Source: Camelus ferus (lineage: Eukaryota). From it: 64,000 nt of DNA. The stretch spans positions 17,362,001-17,426,000 of the forward strand of contig NC_045696.1 in the NCBI RefSeq assembly GCF_009834535.1, given 5' to 3'. The notes under the pieces were generated by a model. That model was not told where the DNA came from and did not search any database. It saw only the letters and a list, made by a program, of their open reading frames with translations. Positions 26,701 through 38,597 of the stretch are shown piece after piece (position 1 is the first letter of the stretch; each line of letters opens with the position of its first letter). The translations under genes and the position numbers were made by a program.

Positions 26701-28189
26701 AGAAACCGCTACCTTCTGTGCTGCGCTGGGAAGATAAATCGTGAACCAGAATTCTCAGGAGCATTTCCAGATGTTTCTTTGGAGACAAGCACATCAGGCC
26801 TGGAATGGCTTCCCACCTCACACCTTTCCTGGCCGTCCAGCCTCACTTCTCTTCCTCCTTTGTGTTGTCATTTTCCCAAGCAACCCACTACTTTTGATTA
26901 CTGTTTTTTTTCTCTTCCCTTTGCTGTATGTCCTTGGTAGAACAGGTAACAGGAACAGGACAGGAATCCAACATGTAGAGCCCCTTTTATTGAAAACATA
27001 ATTGTCTTTCACAGCAATGTGTGATATATATATATAAAAAATACTAACTCCAAAGTAACTGTCAGAAAACCCAACCTTTCCTTCAAGTGGTATTTTTTAT
27101 AAAAGTGTCAAATATCAATATAAAAAAAGTTTCACCTTTCTGCATGTACTTGGGTCATCTACTGAACAACTAATCAGTGATTGTGAATAACTTTTCCTTA
27201 TTTTTTTTTTTTTAGCCTGTCAGCTCTGAACCTATTACTAAAGTGCCAGCTCACACCTCTCTCCATGGAAGTATAGACTTTCCCATGAAAAATACACAGC
27301 TGACCAATCAAGAAATGCCATGTGCCTTATTAAGAGGAATTTAGCTTTTTTCATATCTTGTGTGTTTGTGTGTGTGTCTGTTAAAAATGAATTTATTATT
27401 ACTCATCATAGAGTTAAAAGTTGTAAAGATTTAAACATTTTACATAAATGTAATTTATGTGAGATTCTGAAATTGAAGGAACATATAAAGAAAAAAATCA
27501 TTAAAAATCCTAAGTAGAGATGATCTTTTTGATGTTTTCTCACATATTTATTTATTCATTCTCTCTGTGTTCTCTTATCTCACTTATTCTGCTGATGCCA
27601 AATTTATATTAAACATACAAATCCTACATATTGATCATTCTTCCCAAAATTAAATGACTGCATATTCTGTATGGAATAGCAAAGCACTAAATTTTTTCAA
27701 GCCCTCAGTTTTAGACTTTTTAATGTTAGTTTCAGTGTAAAAATGATTTTTGAAGACAAATGACTAACAGCCACTCTGCATATGAACATAATCATTTTGT
27801 AAGCGCATGAACTCAGTGTGAAAGAGTTCAACTCCTTTCTTGGTTGATCCAAAATGTGAACCAAAATGATTCCAATTAAGTATTTAAATAAAAAGTTGAT
27901 TAAATATATCTGATTCAAATAGATAAATTTCAGTATGGAACATAACAATGTTAAATCTGACGCTAATACTCTTTAGACTGAAGACATGTTAGGAAAATTA
28001 AAGTGCCACAAGAAGGAATTATTTGCAATACTTCATCAAACATAATTCAATTTGAGAGTACTATGCTTTATAATGAAAGTTAAGTAATCTATTGCAAATC
28101 TTGCATTTCAATGAATTCTGAGGTAACCTGCTTTAGCGAGATGAATGCAAATTTTGTATTGTGACAGCAATGATCATGAGTTTCAGCAC

Positions 28190-28290
28190 TATACTTTCTA
28201 TTAGGTGACTTGATCAAATTTCTTAGACTTTCTAAGGATCAGTTTCCTCATATGAATACCTAGCTGAATGTTTTTCATGAGGCCAAAATA
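28190..28290 (+). mobile_element. MIR fragment
   Basis: GTGACTTGATCAAATTTCTTAGACTTTCTAAGGATCAGTTTCCTCAT. Confidence 0.55.
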
Positions 28291-28624
28291 CAAAAAAAAT
28301 TCTGAATACTTAAATGAGGATTTCTTCATTGAGTATATATTTGGCTTACTCACTCCAAGAGAAAAATTTATGACATACAAGAAAACAAAACAACTCTAGT
28401 TTCTGTATCCTTTATTCACAGGTATTTCAAAGAAAATAACTCCTTTGGTTTGGATTATCCAGCTCAATCTCTTAAGATTTCCTTTTGGATTTACCTGTGT
28501 ATACTGAGTTCTGTAGATGTCTTTCTTTGAAAACATTTTATCTTATTTGTTGATTCAAGAACTAATTGGTGTCATAAATAACATATGTACTTGCCATATT
28601 TTCCACTTGGATAAGTATACTTAC

Positions 28625-28694
28625 CTTTCATGTGGCTTCAGTTAGTGTTCTGCTTGTATGTCCCTGGGGAAACAAGACTGCCGGCTGCTTCTGT
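28625..28694 (-). other. Candidate 70-nt internal exon ending in a start codon (GCCACATGAAAG|GTAAGT)
   Basis: Minus strand acceptor TTTTCTCCTTTCCTAG|ACAG and consensus donor AAG|GTAAGT; all three frames closed before or at the ATG, consistent with a 5'UTR or non-coding exon. Confidence 0.45.
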
Positions 28695-29189
28695 CTAGGA
28701 AAGGAGAAAATTTTGATAAATGGAAAGAAATAGATTTCATGGTAAGTAGTTCTCATGTCTCACATTTTAGTAAGTGATTTCTTTTGGTGTCTTTTAGTCA
28801 TATCAGCAATAGCTTATGTATTTTGAAACACAACACTAACTATAATTTTCAAGGATATAAAAGAAGTTTTCTTATTAGAACTGTTGACTGAGGGGCATGT
28901 ATTTCCACACTTAGACATAAGAAAAAACCCTTTTCCAGTATTATTGTGATCTAAGTGTGCTGAAACTGATCTTACTAATCATTGTGTTTCTGCTCTTTGT
29001 TGTGTCATAAATTGAATACAGGTATACAAAATACAGACACCCTTGGGCCTCTGGACAATTAAAGAAGTCAAATATAGATATAGATAAAGATATAGATATA
29101 GTCTATTCTCATTCGTTGTAGTAGTGATGTTCTGTAGAATCTTTATGAACATTGAATTAATGAATTGTTATTAATGGTAAGCTGAAATA

Positions 29190-29620
29190 TGTCAATATCC
29201 TACAATCCTGAAATGTTTCTCCTTAGTATATTCACTCAAGAATTCTTGCACATGTGCACTGAGAAACGTTTATTATATTCATACATCCTAGAATGATTAA
29301 AGAAATTGCGTTATATTCAAACAATAGGCTATTAATATACTTGTGGAAATGAAAGCATAATGAACATGGCTGCATCTCTAAAACATAATATTGAACAAAT
29401 ATTTCAAGTCACAGAAAAATAAATACTATATATTTTCATTTATATAAAGTTCAGAAACAAAAAATATATATTATAATATATAAATATAAATATACATAAA
29501 GTATATAATATATATTCATATATATATTAAGGAACACATATATCAATGTCCAAAGTGCAAAAAGAGAAGAATAGGCTTAATAGATAATTCCGATCAGAAT
29601 AGCATTTATTCTTGTGGGTA
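29190..29620 (+). mobile_element. Old L1 (L1ME-like) 3' fragment with AT-rich low-complexity insert
   Basis: AAGAATTCTTGCACATGTGCAC...AACATGGCTGCATCTCTAAAACATAATATTGAAC...TTCATTTATATAAAGTTCA. Confidence 0.6.
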
Positions 29621-29744
29621 CTAAAGTGGAGAAGAAAAAAAAAAAGAATTTCTAGCATATAATTAGTTCTAAGTGGGGCTTGAAATGTTATATATTTAAT
29701 ATAAGTTGGTCTGTTTTAGTGCATAGAAGGATGACTTAGGTTTG

Positions 29745-30096
29745 TATTTTAGTCTGATTGGGCCTCTATAACAAAATAGACAGACTGGGTGGCTCACAAA
29801 CAAAGAAATTTAATTTTCATTGCTCTTGAGGCAGGAAGTTCAAGATTAAGTAAGCGGCATGGTTGTGTTCTGGGGAAAGCCCTCTTTCTCCTTTGTATCT
29901 GGCACCTTTCCTGTATCCCTTCAAGGGGTTAGGGATCTTTCTGGAGCCTCTTTTATAAAACATTAATCCCATTTGTGAGGGATCCACACTCATGGCTTAA
30001 GAAGTTCCCAAAGTCCTCACATAGTAATTCCATCACATCACGCATTAGAATGTCAACATAGTAATTTTGAAGGACAGAAACATTCAGACCACAGCA
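29745..30096 (-). mobile_element. MaLR solo LTR (MLT1A-like) with 5-bp TSD
   Basis: TTAGTCTGATTGGGCCTCTATAACAAAATA...AAACATTCAGACCACAGCA; TSD GTTTG at 29740-29744 and 30097-30101. Confidence 0.88.
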
Positions 30097-30508
30097 GTTT
30101 GTGCTTCAGCTTTGGTTCAATAAATGTTCCTAATATATTATTAGTGTGAATTCAAAACATATCCTTGGGATGTATCTAATTTACAGTCTTTCCCAATGTA
30201 AATATCTTGAAATGACGAGATTTCAATATTGATGAAATGAAGAGACTTTCAGCATGTGCTCTGTGGATCATTTTAGAGTAAGGATGAATTCTGTGACTTT
30301 TTTCTCCTAAAAAATGCTTAGACACAGATAAACTGCAGATTTTCTTGGCTCTTCTTTAGGTTCTATTGGAAATTCCTTGAATATAAGCTTGGAGAAGAAA
30401 ACACAATTGAAGGAAGAGTACTTTAGCATCTTTCTGGCTTCAGAATTTTTTTTTTTTAACACTTAGATCAATCTTTCATTTGTTTCTACACCTGGTGCAA
30501 TTCTCTAA

Positions 30509-31440
30509 TGCCGCGCTTTCACAGACACGAAGCACAGCTCACAGTGTTCTGAAGAATCACACTTTATTTGCAGGTAGTACGTCACAGTAAGGAAGGAAGA
30601 GAGGCCCCGCCCTGCGGGCCGCCCGGGCGCATGCGTGTCCATCCCAGCATCCTCAGCGCGGCGGCGGCAACGGCCTTTCCTCCCCCCACACACACACACA
30701 GAGGAGGCGCGGTCGACCTGGAGCCACCTGAGGAGGAGAGCGGGAATTTTTCTGCAAGTTGTGGAAAAGCGAAGAGAAGGGAGGAGAGGTCATCCACAGC
30801 ACTGAAGACATGGTGGCTCCTAATGTCATCTTCTCACGGTGGCTCTTAACAACACCCGGACTCCTACAGGGATGACTAGCGCAACAACTTTGGTTCAGCT
30901 AGGCCTGGATTGTGGCTTGTCCTGGATTTTTGGCTCAATTTCTGTTTGAATTCCCAAACTTAGTGGCTCCTGCAGGCCTGCCCTCTGGGAGCGCCACGGA
31001 GCTGAGTGGTGGGGCCTGCGCTTTCCAGCTGGCCAGCAGGCAGAGCCAAGCCCGTCTCTGCCTCGTGAGGCTCCCGCGTGTTCAGCTGGAGGACTTGATT
31101 CTGTGCTTGGACTTGCCTCCTCCTGCAGCTGACAGGTGCTTGGTCTCCTCCAGACCACCCCCGCCCCCCACCAGGGCCTTGGCTTCTGAACATCGCCGGG
31201 CGTGGTGACCTTAACAGGAGGTCGGTTTCCTCGGGACATCCCAGAGCTTCAGCTTTGGGACAACACTGCGTCACATCCATGCGGACAGGAGCCCGTTGTG
31301 TTCCAGACTCACAGGGAGGTGCCACCGCTAGAGTAAAAGGTGAGGAAACAGTGGGGAGAAGCTTCCTGTGAGAGGCTGACTCAAGAGGCTGACTGAGAGG
31401 GGTGCATTTTCAGAGGACCCAGCAGAGGGAGGGCTGGACG
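30509..31440. promoter_or_regulatory. Isolated CpG island / promoter-like element
   Basis: Abrupt GC and CpG enrichment in AT-rich context; TACGTCA (CRE-like) 30578-30584, GGCCCCGCCC (GC box) 30603-30612, GCGCATGCG (NRF1) 30627-30635; plus-strand donor AAG|GTGAGG at 31339/31340. Confidence 0.7.
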
Positions 31441-31449
31441 TGGAACATT

Positions 31450-32160
31450 GTGGATTTCAGTTTTCTGTTTGGTGCAGATGATGTCCAGTATCGTTCTTTG
31501 GTGTGTGGTGTCCAGTTTTCCTGGCATTGTTTATTGAGGGGACTGTCCTTGCCCAGTGTATGTCCTGGACAGCTTTGTCAAAATTAACTGATCGCGGATG
31601 CATGGGTTGATTTCTGGGCTCCCTACTCTGTTCCTCTTGTCCGTGTGCCTGTTTTTGAACCAATACTACACTGTCTTGGTTACAGTAGCTTCCTCATGTA
31701 GTGTGAAGTCAGGGAGCGAGATGTCTCCAGCTGTGTTCTCCTTTCTTAGGATTGCTTTGGCCATTCGGGATCCTTTGTGGTTCCCGACAAACGATAGGGT
31801 TGCTTGTTCTGTTTCTGTAAAAAATGCCATTTGAATTTTGTTAGAGATTGAATCATATGCTTTGGCCAGATGAACATTTTGACCATATTGTTACAATGCA
31901 TGAATATGTAATAGTTTTCTATTTATTCATGTATTCTCCAGTTTCTTTATCAGGGCCTTAAAGTTTTCAGTGTACAAGTTTTTCACACCCTTGGTTAAAT
32001 TTATACCTAGGTATTTTGTTCTTTTGGGTGTAATTGCAAATGGGATTGTTTTCTTAATTTTTCCTTCTGATACTCCTTTATTGGTGTATAGAAATGCAAC
32101 TGATTTTTTGTATATTGCTTTTGTATATGCAGCTTTACTAAATCCATTTATTAATTGTAA
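31450..32160 (-). mobile_element. L1 ORF2 fragment
   Basis: Antisense L1 sequence (TTTCTGGGCTCCCTACTCTGTTCC, TTGGTTAAATTTATACCTAGGTATTTT, GTGTATAGAAATGCAACTGATTTTT); ORFs 31598-31834 and 31970-32167 are antisense L1. Confidence 0.92.
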
Positions 32161-34089
32161 AAAATAAGTAAAGAAATTATTATAGTTGTGTTCACAAGCA
32201 GATCATTTCAATTTTGCAAGTAGATTTTTAAAACACATTTATTATGATAATTTTTATTATTGGCATGGGAATCAGTGATTGAAAGATTGCTCAAAAACTT
32301 TCTATCGGCTTGATAAAAATTTAAAAATAGCTCAAGGGACGGACTTTCAAATTAAAAATGGTTGATAATATAAGCTACATTAGTCCTTAGTTTTATTTTA
32401 TTTTTTATTTTTATGAAGGGCTATGAAAAGATTCATTTGACACGGTAGAAAAAAAACAATATGTCATATCTTTCTCAAAGAAATCTTAGAATTTAACAAA
32501 ACATTGTATTTATTTTAAGAAAGCATACTTTATGCAATATCAGCTCTTTCCAAATTTGCCTTTTTTCTGTTGCATGTTGGAGATATTATTGTTTTGGGTG
32601 GTTACCACCAAAAGTTACACATAAATGCATGCTGATCCCTAAATCCTTATTCATACCTGTATCATATGTTGTGCAGTGTTTTATTCGTTTACATTTAGAA
32701 TTGTAAAATCAATTTCAAAAAATTGTAAAAATTTAAAAAAAAGTAAAATCTTGTTACTTTAAGTCTTGTCTGAGGGCAGTTCTTATAGCATTGGATAAAA
32801 CTGGGATCTCCTCTAACATCTAAATTCCACATTTTTTGCAGGAGAACTTTGTGATCAATGCCATGTTTTTCTTTCATCTCTAAAACTGAATTCACCACCC
32901 ATTACTGTGGTTGTTTTCTATTCAACTTTTTGGATATTTTTTTCCATGACAACATCAACTAAAGCATGGACATAAAAATCAAACTACATAAATCTGGGTC
33001 TCGGTCCCCATAACTGAGCTAAGTGACTATGGTCACGTGCTTATTTTTCTTTTATATAAAAGAATGATTAATGCTGTCTGTTGTATTATAACATAGGAAT
33101 ACTGAAGATTGGTCAGTATACAGTAATTTCATTCATACTTGTGCTTTCATTGTTCAAATTTTTCTTAACATCAGCTAAGCACCTTAGGTTTTCAACACTG
33201 ATTATTCTTTAGGAGCTAAGAGAACAATATAAAACGTTGGGACGTGTAAATTTGTAAGTCTACCTTCTGATAATGTGTACATAGTATTGTCTGTAGTTTG
33301 GCTTGTATAAGAGAACTGTTGTTCCCTTGGGATATCAAGTCTTTATAAAACAAATTATGCCATCCATGATCACCCATGTTGGGTGCTGGATTGCTTGGGA
33401 GTGTTGAGTAAATCCCATATACTTGTCTGAATTTCAGAACTTGATCTAGGTAAACTTTGTTACTATATTATTGAATATAGTCCACAATGCCTTATTGGAA
33501 AATGATTTCACAAATAAAAGAACAGAGAGTGTTTCCTGCAACTCAGAAAACTGGTCTTTCTGGAAAAAGTAACTTAAGCAAACTTTTGTTTTATTTTTAA
33601 TCTAAGTCTTAGTTTCCACATCTGTAAAATGGTATAAAAATATTATTTTTAAAACAAGTTTTGAGAATTAAATGTGATAATACAGATAAACATTTAAAAA
33701 GAACCAGATAATTCCATAATAGGAGATTTTAACGATGCCCTTGAAAATTGATTGAATGATTGTTCAATAAAATATTATCACTATTATCATATCAATATTA
33801 TGATTACTACAAAAATGAAGTAAATACCTCTCTAAAACCAGAGCTTCTCCAAATGAACAACTTGCACTTCCTTCTCATCATTTTTTCATGGTAGTTTTAT
33901 GATTTAGAAAACAGAACAAAGTAGCTTTGTACAAAACAATACTCTGATGATTTGGCAAAAGGACATCTCTCTGTGTTTCTAGAGAGTTTATGCTCCATCT
34001 CTGGCCGCTCATGTGGGTGCAGTTTAAAGCATCTAGATTTGAGTCAGATGTTGAGAATATATCTTCAGTTGTATTTGTTATTTCTCATC

Positions 34090-34601
34090 TGTCAAAGAAA
34101 AATTCACCAGCTAAATTAAACAGGTAAGAAATATTCAAGACAGCTGACATAGGAAAGAGAAATTTAACTCAACTCTGCTGGAACAAAGGATGGGAGGAAA
34201 AGCAGTAGAGGACTTCAGAAGGAAGATTATTTGAAGTGTTCAGGGCATCTGTGTTTACTGATTGTCTCTTATGGAAGTTAGACTCTTAATCTGTCACAGA
34301 CTGGTGGTGTGGGATGGGAGGGGAGGGATGCTATCTACTTCTGTGAATACATTTCAAATGAATAAAAGAATTCCCACTCCCACCCCCCACCATCCATGAG
34401 AAAGACATTCCCTATTTGTCACATTGGCGGGGGGCTGGGAGAAGACAGGCTTACCTGTCAAAGGAGTAGAGAAAAAAAGTATAATTGAAGGTTTTCTAAA
34501 GTAACTGCTCTACAAAAGGGGGAAGTTAGGGATCTAGAGTCAGGAAGGAACCTATTTAAAGTTTAGTCAAGCTGAAGGAAACTTTAAGACCTTCTTGGCC
34601 A
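34090..34601 (-). mobile_element. ERV1 solo LTR (MER31-like)
   Basis: Minus strand begins TGGCCAAGAAGGTCTTAAAGTTTCCTTCAGCTTGACTAAACTTTAAATAGGTTCCTTCCTGACTCTAG; TG...CA ends. Confidence 0.75.
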
Positions 34602-35747
34602 TACTGATGGACCTAAACTCTTCAGGAAAACAGTGAAATCCCCATACCTCTATACCACCATATATATATATATGCATATGCATATACATATACACACATA
34701 CATGCATCCTTAGTGCAGTCAAATACTATTTCATTACAATTCAATGTGAAAATCTTCAGAAGATTTAATATTAAGTTGCTGTGTTCAGCTAACTCTATAT
34801 TTCATCCTCTTAGAACTCCATCATGAGTTTGTGTCTTCCCATTTTGTATTATAGAAAAGGCAAACTGTACCTTAAGAGATAAATTGAGTTATTTTCAGAA
34901 TCATCTTGCATTATTGTTCATTCTTCTTCTGTGTTTCCTGTAAATGGACCTTCAAATAATCCAGTCAAAATCCTGGATGTTTTCCTTGTCACTCCCTCCC
35001 TCACCTCACAACTCACCTACAGCACCTGAACATCAGAACCTCTCAAGAAACATCTGTTGACATAATCAATAGAGTTTGCTCTAAGCTCCTTTCTGTCATC
35101 TGTAGATTGAGGCTTTTTGATTAATGACATTGTGTAATACTTTCAGGGATAGTTTCAAATAATAGGTCCCTATCTTTGATTTTTTTTTACCTTTTTCAAC
35201 TCTACAGTCACTGCCTTGCTTGGTCGGGCTCAGTGTATCCACCATCCATCCCAGAATTTGGTATGAGCCATTTGAAAAAATAGTTACATCTCCTCCCAAA
35301 TTAGGAGCAAATATGTTAGTTTAACAAACTGCCCATGTACAATATTATATCACTTTACTTTTGAATCCTTTCAAGCCCTTATGACCATATTTAATAGTAG
35401 AAAAAATGTAAATTTTAAGCACAGCTTTTCCAGTATTGATTTTTGTTTCAAAGTGCATTATTGTGTGAAAAAGGTGGTCAAGAAAATAATCAGATTATCT
35501 GTAGCTTTTAATTGGGCAATAGTGAATTGAGATAAAGTAAATGTGTTCAGTACAGAATACTTCAAGCATCTCCCTCATCCCAACCCCAAATATTCTCTTG
35601 TGGAGAAATCAAACTTCTGTGGATTGTTAAGTGCTTCTAAAACAAGCTACAACTTCCTAAGACTCTTCATGCATCACGAGAATTGTGTCTATAGCTATTT
35701 GTCTAATTATTTGCTTGGATCCAAATGAGTAGTAAAACTTCTTTTCT

Positions 35748-36057
35748 ATGAGAGTCCTGAATGACTACAGCCTGGACTAGGTCTCCAGGGTAAGTGGCAC
35801 GTGCCTGGGAGACTACTGTGCTTTCTACCTGGGTCCTTACATGTCAGGAAGGGAGACACCCTTGAACTTGGAAACATTTCTAGGTTGTAAAAGTCAAGAC
35901 TTACAGAGCTATCTGGCTCCTGGAAGACTTTATTTACCTAAATAAATGTTCAGGTAAGGAAGAAATCTTTCAGGAAGGGAGAGAGGTGGCTTCCTCTTTC
36001 CACTTAACAAGCACAGAAAATCATTTTTTTCTCCTCTCTCTTCTGTGAAGGGTCTCA
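35748..36057. mobile_element. Probable LTR fragment, family uncertain
   Basis: GC-richer TG...CA bounded block with LTR-like composition. Confidence 0.35.
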
Positions 36058-36747
36058 CTCCTCTAAAACCAGCTTCCAGACTCTGGTTGGTGGTTTTCAT
36101 TCCATGGCCTAAAAGAATATCCCTGAGGCAGGGGAGTTAGTGTGCAACAACGCTTATTACTTACTGCCAGGTAATTAATAAGAAATCTGATGCAGAATAT
36201 CTGCTGTGCACATTCAGGACAGACCTAATAAGGATGAATGTTAAACACAACACATCTCTGCTCAAAAAGTGTGTTTCAGGAAGGAATTTTCTGATGCATC
36301 CTATCTAAAATAATTCTCACCCATATTCATTCATTCCTGATCCTCCTTCTGTCTTTTATTGTTTTGGCACATATCTAATATTGTATGATTTATTTCTTTT
36401 CTTATTTTCTGTATTCTCCACAGAACTGTAAACTCCATGATGACTTGGACTTGGCATTTTTCACTCTACCACTAGTGCCAACAAAGCTACCTTGTCCAGC
36501 CATACTGGGTTGAGACACTCTTCCCAGATTTCCAGAAGTAGTATCAATCCTATGCCAGCTCGCTTGACCATACATTCAAATGGTTCACTTTGATTATACA
36601 GATACTTATTTGTCAGGAAATATACTATCCAAATGTATTCATATATATGTTTGAAAAAATAGTATTAAAAAAACATTTGAAGGAGACAAAGTGAAACCAT
36701 TCCTTTACTTATGCTGAAGTATCTATTTATATATGGGAGAAGAGATT

Positions 36748-37093
36748 TACTACAGACTGAATGTTTGTGTCACCCCAAAATTTGTATGCTGAAACCTGTT
36801 TCCCAGCATGATGGGATTTGGAACTGGGGTCTTCTTCCAGGAGAGGTGATTAGGTCATGAGGGTAGAACTCTCAAGATTGGGTTTGGTGCTCTTATAAGA
36901 GACCCCAGAAGGCACCATCACCTCTTCTACCGTGTGATGACACAGCAGGAAGATGGCTCTTACCAGACACCAGACCTGTTGGCACCCTGGTCTGGACCTT
37001 GCAATGTCCAGAATTATGAGAAATTAATTTCTGTTAATTATAAGCCTCCTAGCCTGTGACTCTTTGTTATAGCAGCCCAGACTGATTAAGACA
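36748..37093 (+). mobile_element. MaLR LTR (MLT1A-like)
   Basis: GACTGAATGTTTGTGTCACCCCAAAATTTGTATGCTGAAACC...TTGTTATAGCAGCCCAGACTGATTAAGACA. Confidence 0.88.
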
Positions 37094-37824
37094 ACCTATA
37101 GGATCAGGCAAGAAAACAGGAACAACAGTGGGAAGCAAGCAAATTGGAGGACTTGTGGCTTATTTAAGGGGGATAGTTATTCAAGCAGTGAATATGGTTG
37201 CTGTTTTGTGAATTTTGGCTAATGTTGGTGTATCTTCCAGCTTTCCTAGAGAAACCTGGAGTATGGATATTTATCTGAAATTCTGTGATATTTGTGTGCT
37301 GGCAAAAGAAACACATGTCTGCTGGTGGATGGTAACATATGATCTGCAGGTTTGCAATCTCTCTGTTGAGCCAGTGAGATAGTTATGAGCTCCCACTGTT
37401 GGGCCTTTTTAGATTTGTTTTAATTCCCTTGCACTTTAGCAATGCATCATTGGCTTTTGGGGGGACATCATGAGAAATCCAGTTACACAACTCACCATTA
37501 TGTTTACTTTAATGAAACCTGCTGAACTTTGCTCAGTGTGTTTTCTTTGAGAAATCTCTCAGGCCACATTGTACTTTTAATTCTGATTAATAGATGAATA
37601 CTGGAAATTAGGTAATATAAAATTTTCCTTTTTGTTTGATAACTGTAAAGAAGTCATCAATCATTTCAAGAAAATATGTGGAATAATTTTTTATATACTT
37701 TTAGCAGTGGCTTAAATTTATTACATCAATGAGGTCTAGTTGAACATAGGAAATACTGTTAGATGTTTAATCTAACATAATGTTCTATTTCACCAAGGTA
37801 ACTACCTGTAACATGTTAATGCAT

Positions 37825-37945
37825 TCCCTATAATGTATAAAGTCCATGGGCATCGTCTATGTTTTTCACTGCCGCATTCTTAGGAACCAGAAGAGAACCT
37901 GGAATATGATGTGTTCTCGGTAAATATTTGTTGAATGAATGAAAA
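37825..37945 (+). mobile_element. L2 3' end
   Basis: AGAACCTGGAATATGATGTGTTCTCGGTAAATATTTGTTGAATGAATGAA. Confidence 0.75.
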
Positions 37946-38597
37946 AATCTGTTACATTATAACTTAATGCTTAGTAAGTGTTCTAAACATTGCTAAGAAC
38001 CTTGCAAACAAACAGGTGATAAGCCTTATAAAGGTATGATAGCTCACATATTAGATGAGGACATTGAGATCCAAAATTTATCCAGGGCCACATATTTCAT
38101 ATCATAGTTCACATCTCAAAAATCTATGCAGTAGTCATTTTTCATTATTCTATGTTGCCAAATGACCTCGATTTTATAGCTTGTACCCTATGTCTTTATG
38201 GAAGTGACTGCAGCCACTTTAGATCTTTTCTGTATAGTAATATAGTACAGAAAAAAAGGAGAGGGAGGGAGAGAAGGAAGAAATGAAGGAACCCCACCCA
38301 CAAGTCCAGGATCGTGCTCCATAGAGAGTACATGCACTGAGAAAAGTAATAAAGTAAAAAAACAGTAACTAGATGCCAGAATTCACAGTAATAATTAGAA
38401 ATTGAACATTCAAGAAATACATAATTAAAACTGTATTTTATTTTTCAGTAATTCTTTTGTTTTTACTAAGTTGGTTAAATTCTCCAATTTATATAGAAAA
38501 AAATGTCCTACGGAGAGCTTCTAATAGTTATTTCACATGCCTAGCTGTTTCTCTGTCCAGTATGGAATTCCGATTTAGAAACACAGGCTTTACAATG

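Noticed and set aside
30505..31325. Cluster of overlapping 64-121-aa ORFs on both strands
   Set aside because: Expected from stop-codon scarcity in GC-rich DNA; no recognisable protein similarity.
30446..32175. CpG island plus L1 as one retrocopy or LTR insertion (poly-T at 30446-30457, TG at 30509, minus-strand AATAAA)
   Set aside because: No convincing target-site duplication or matching terminus found; not excluded without BLAST.
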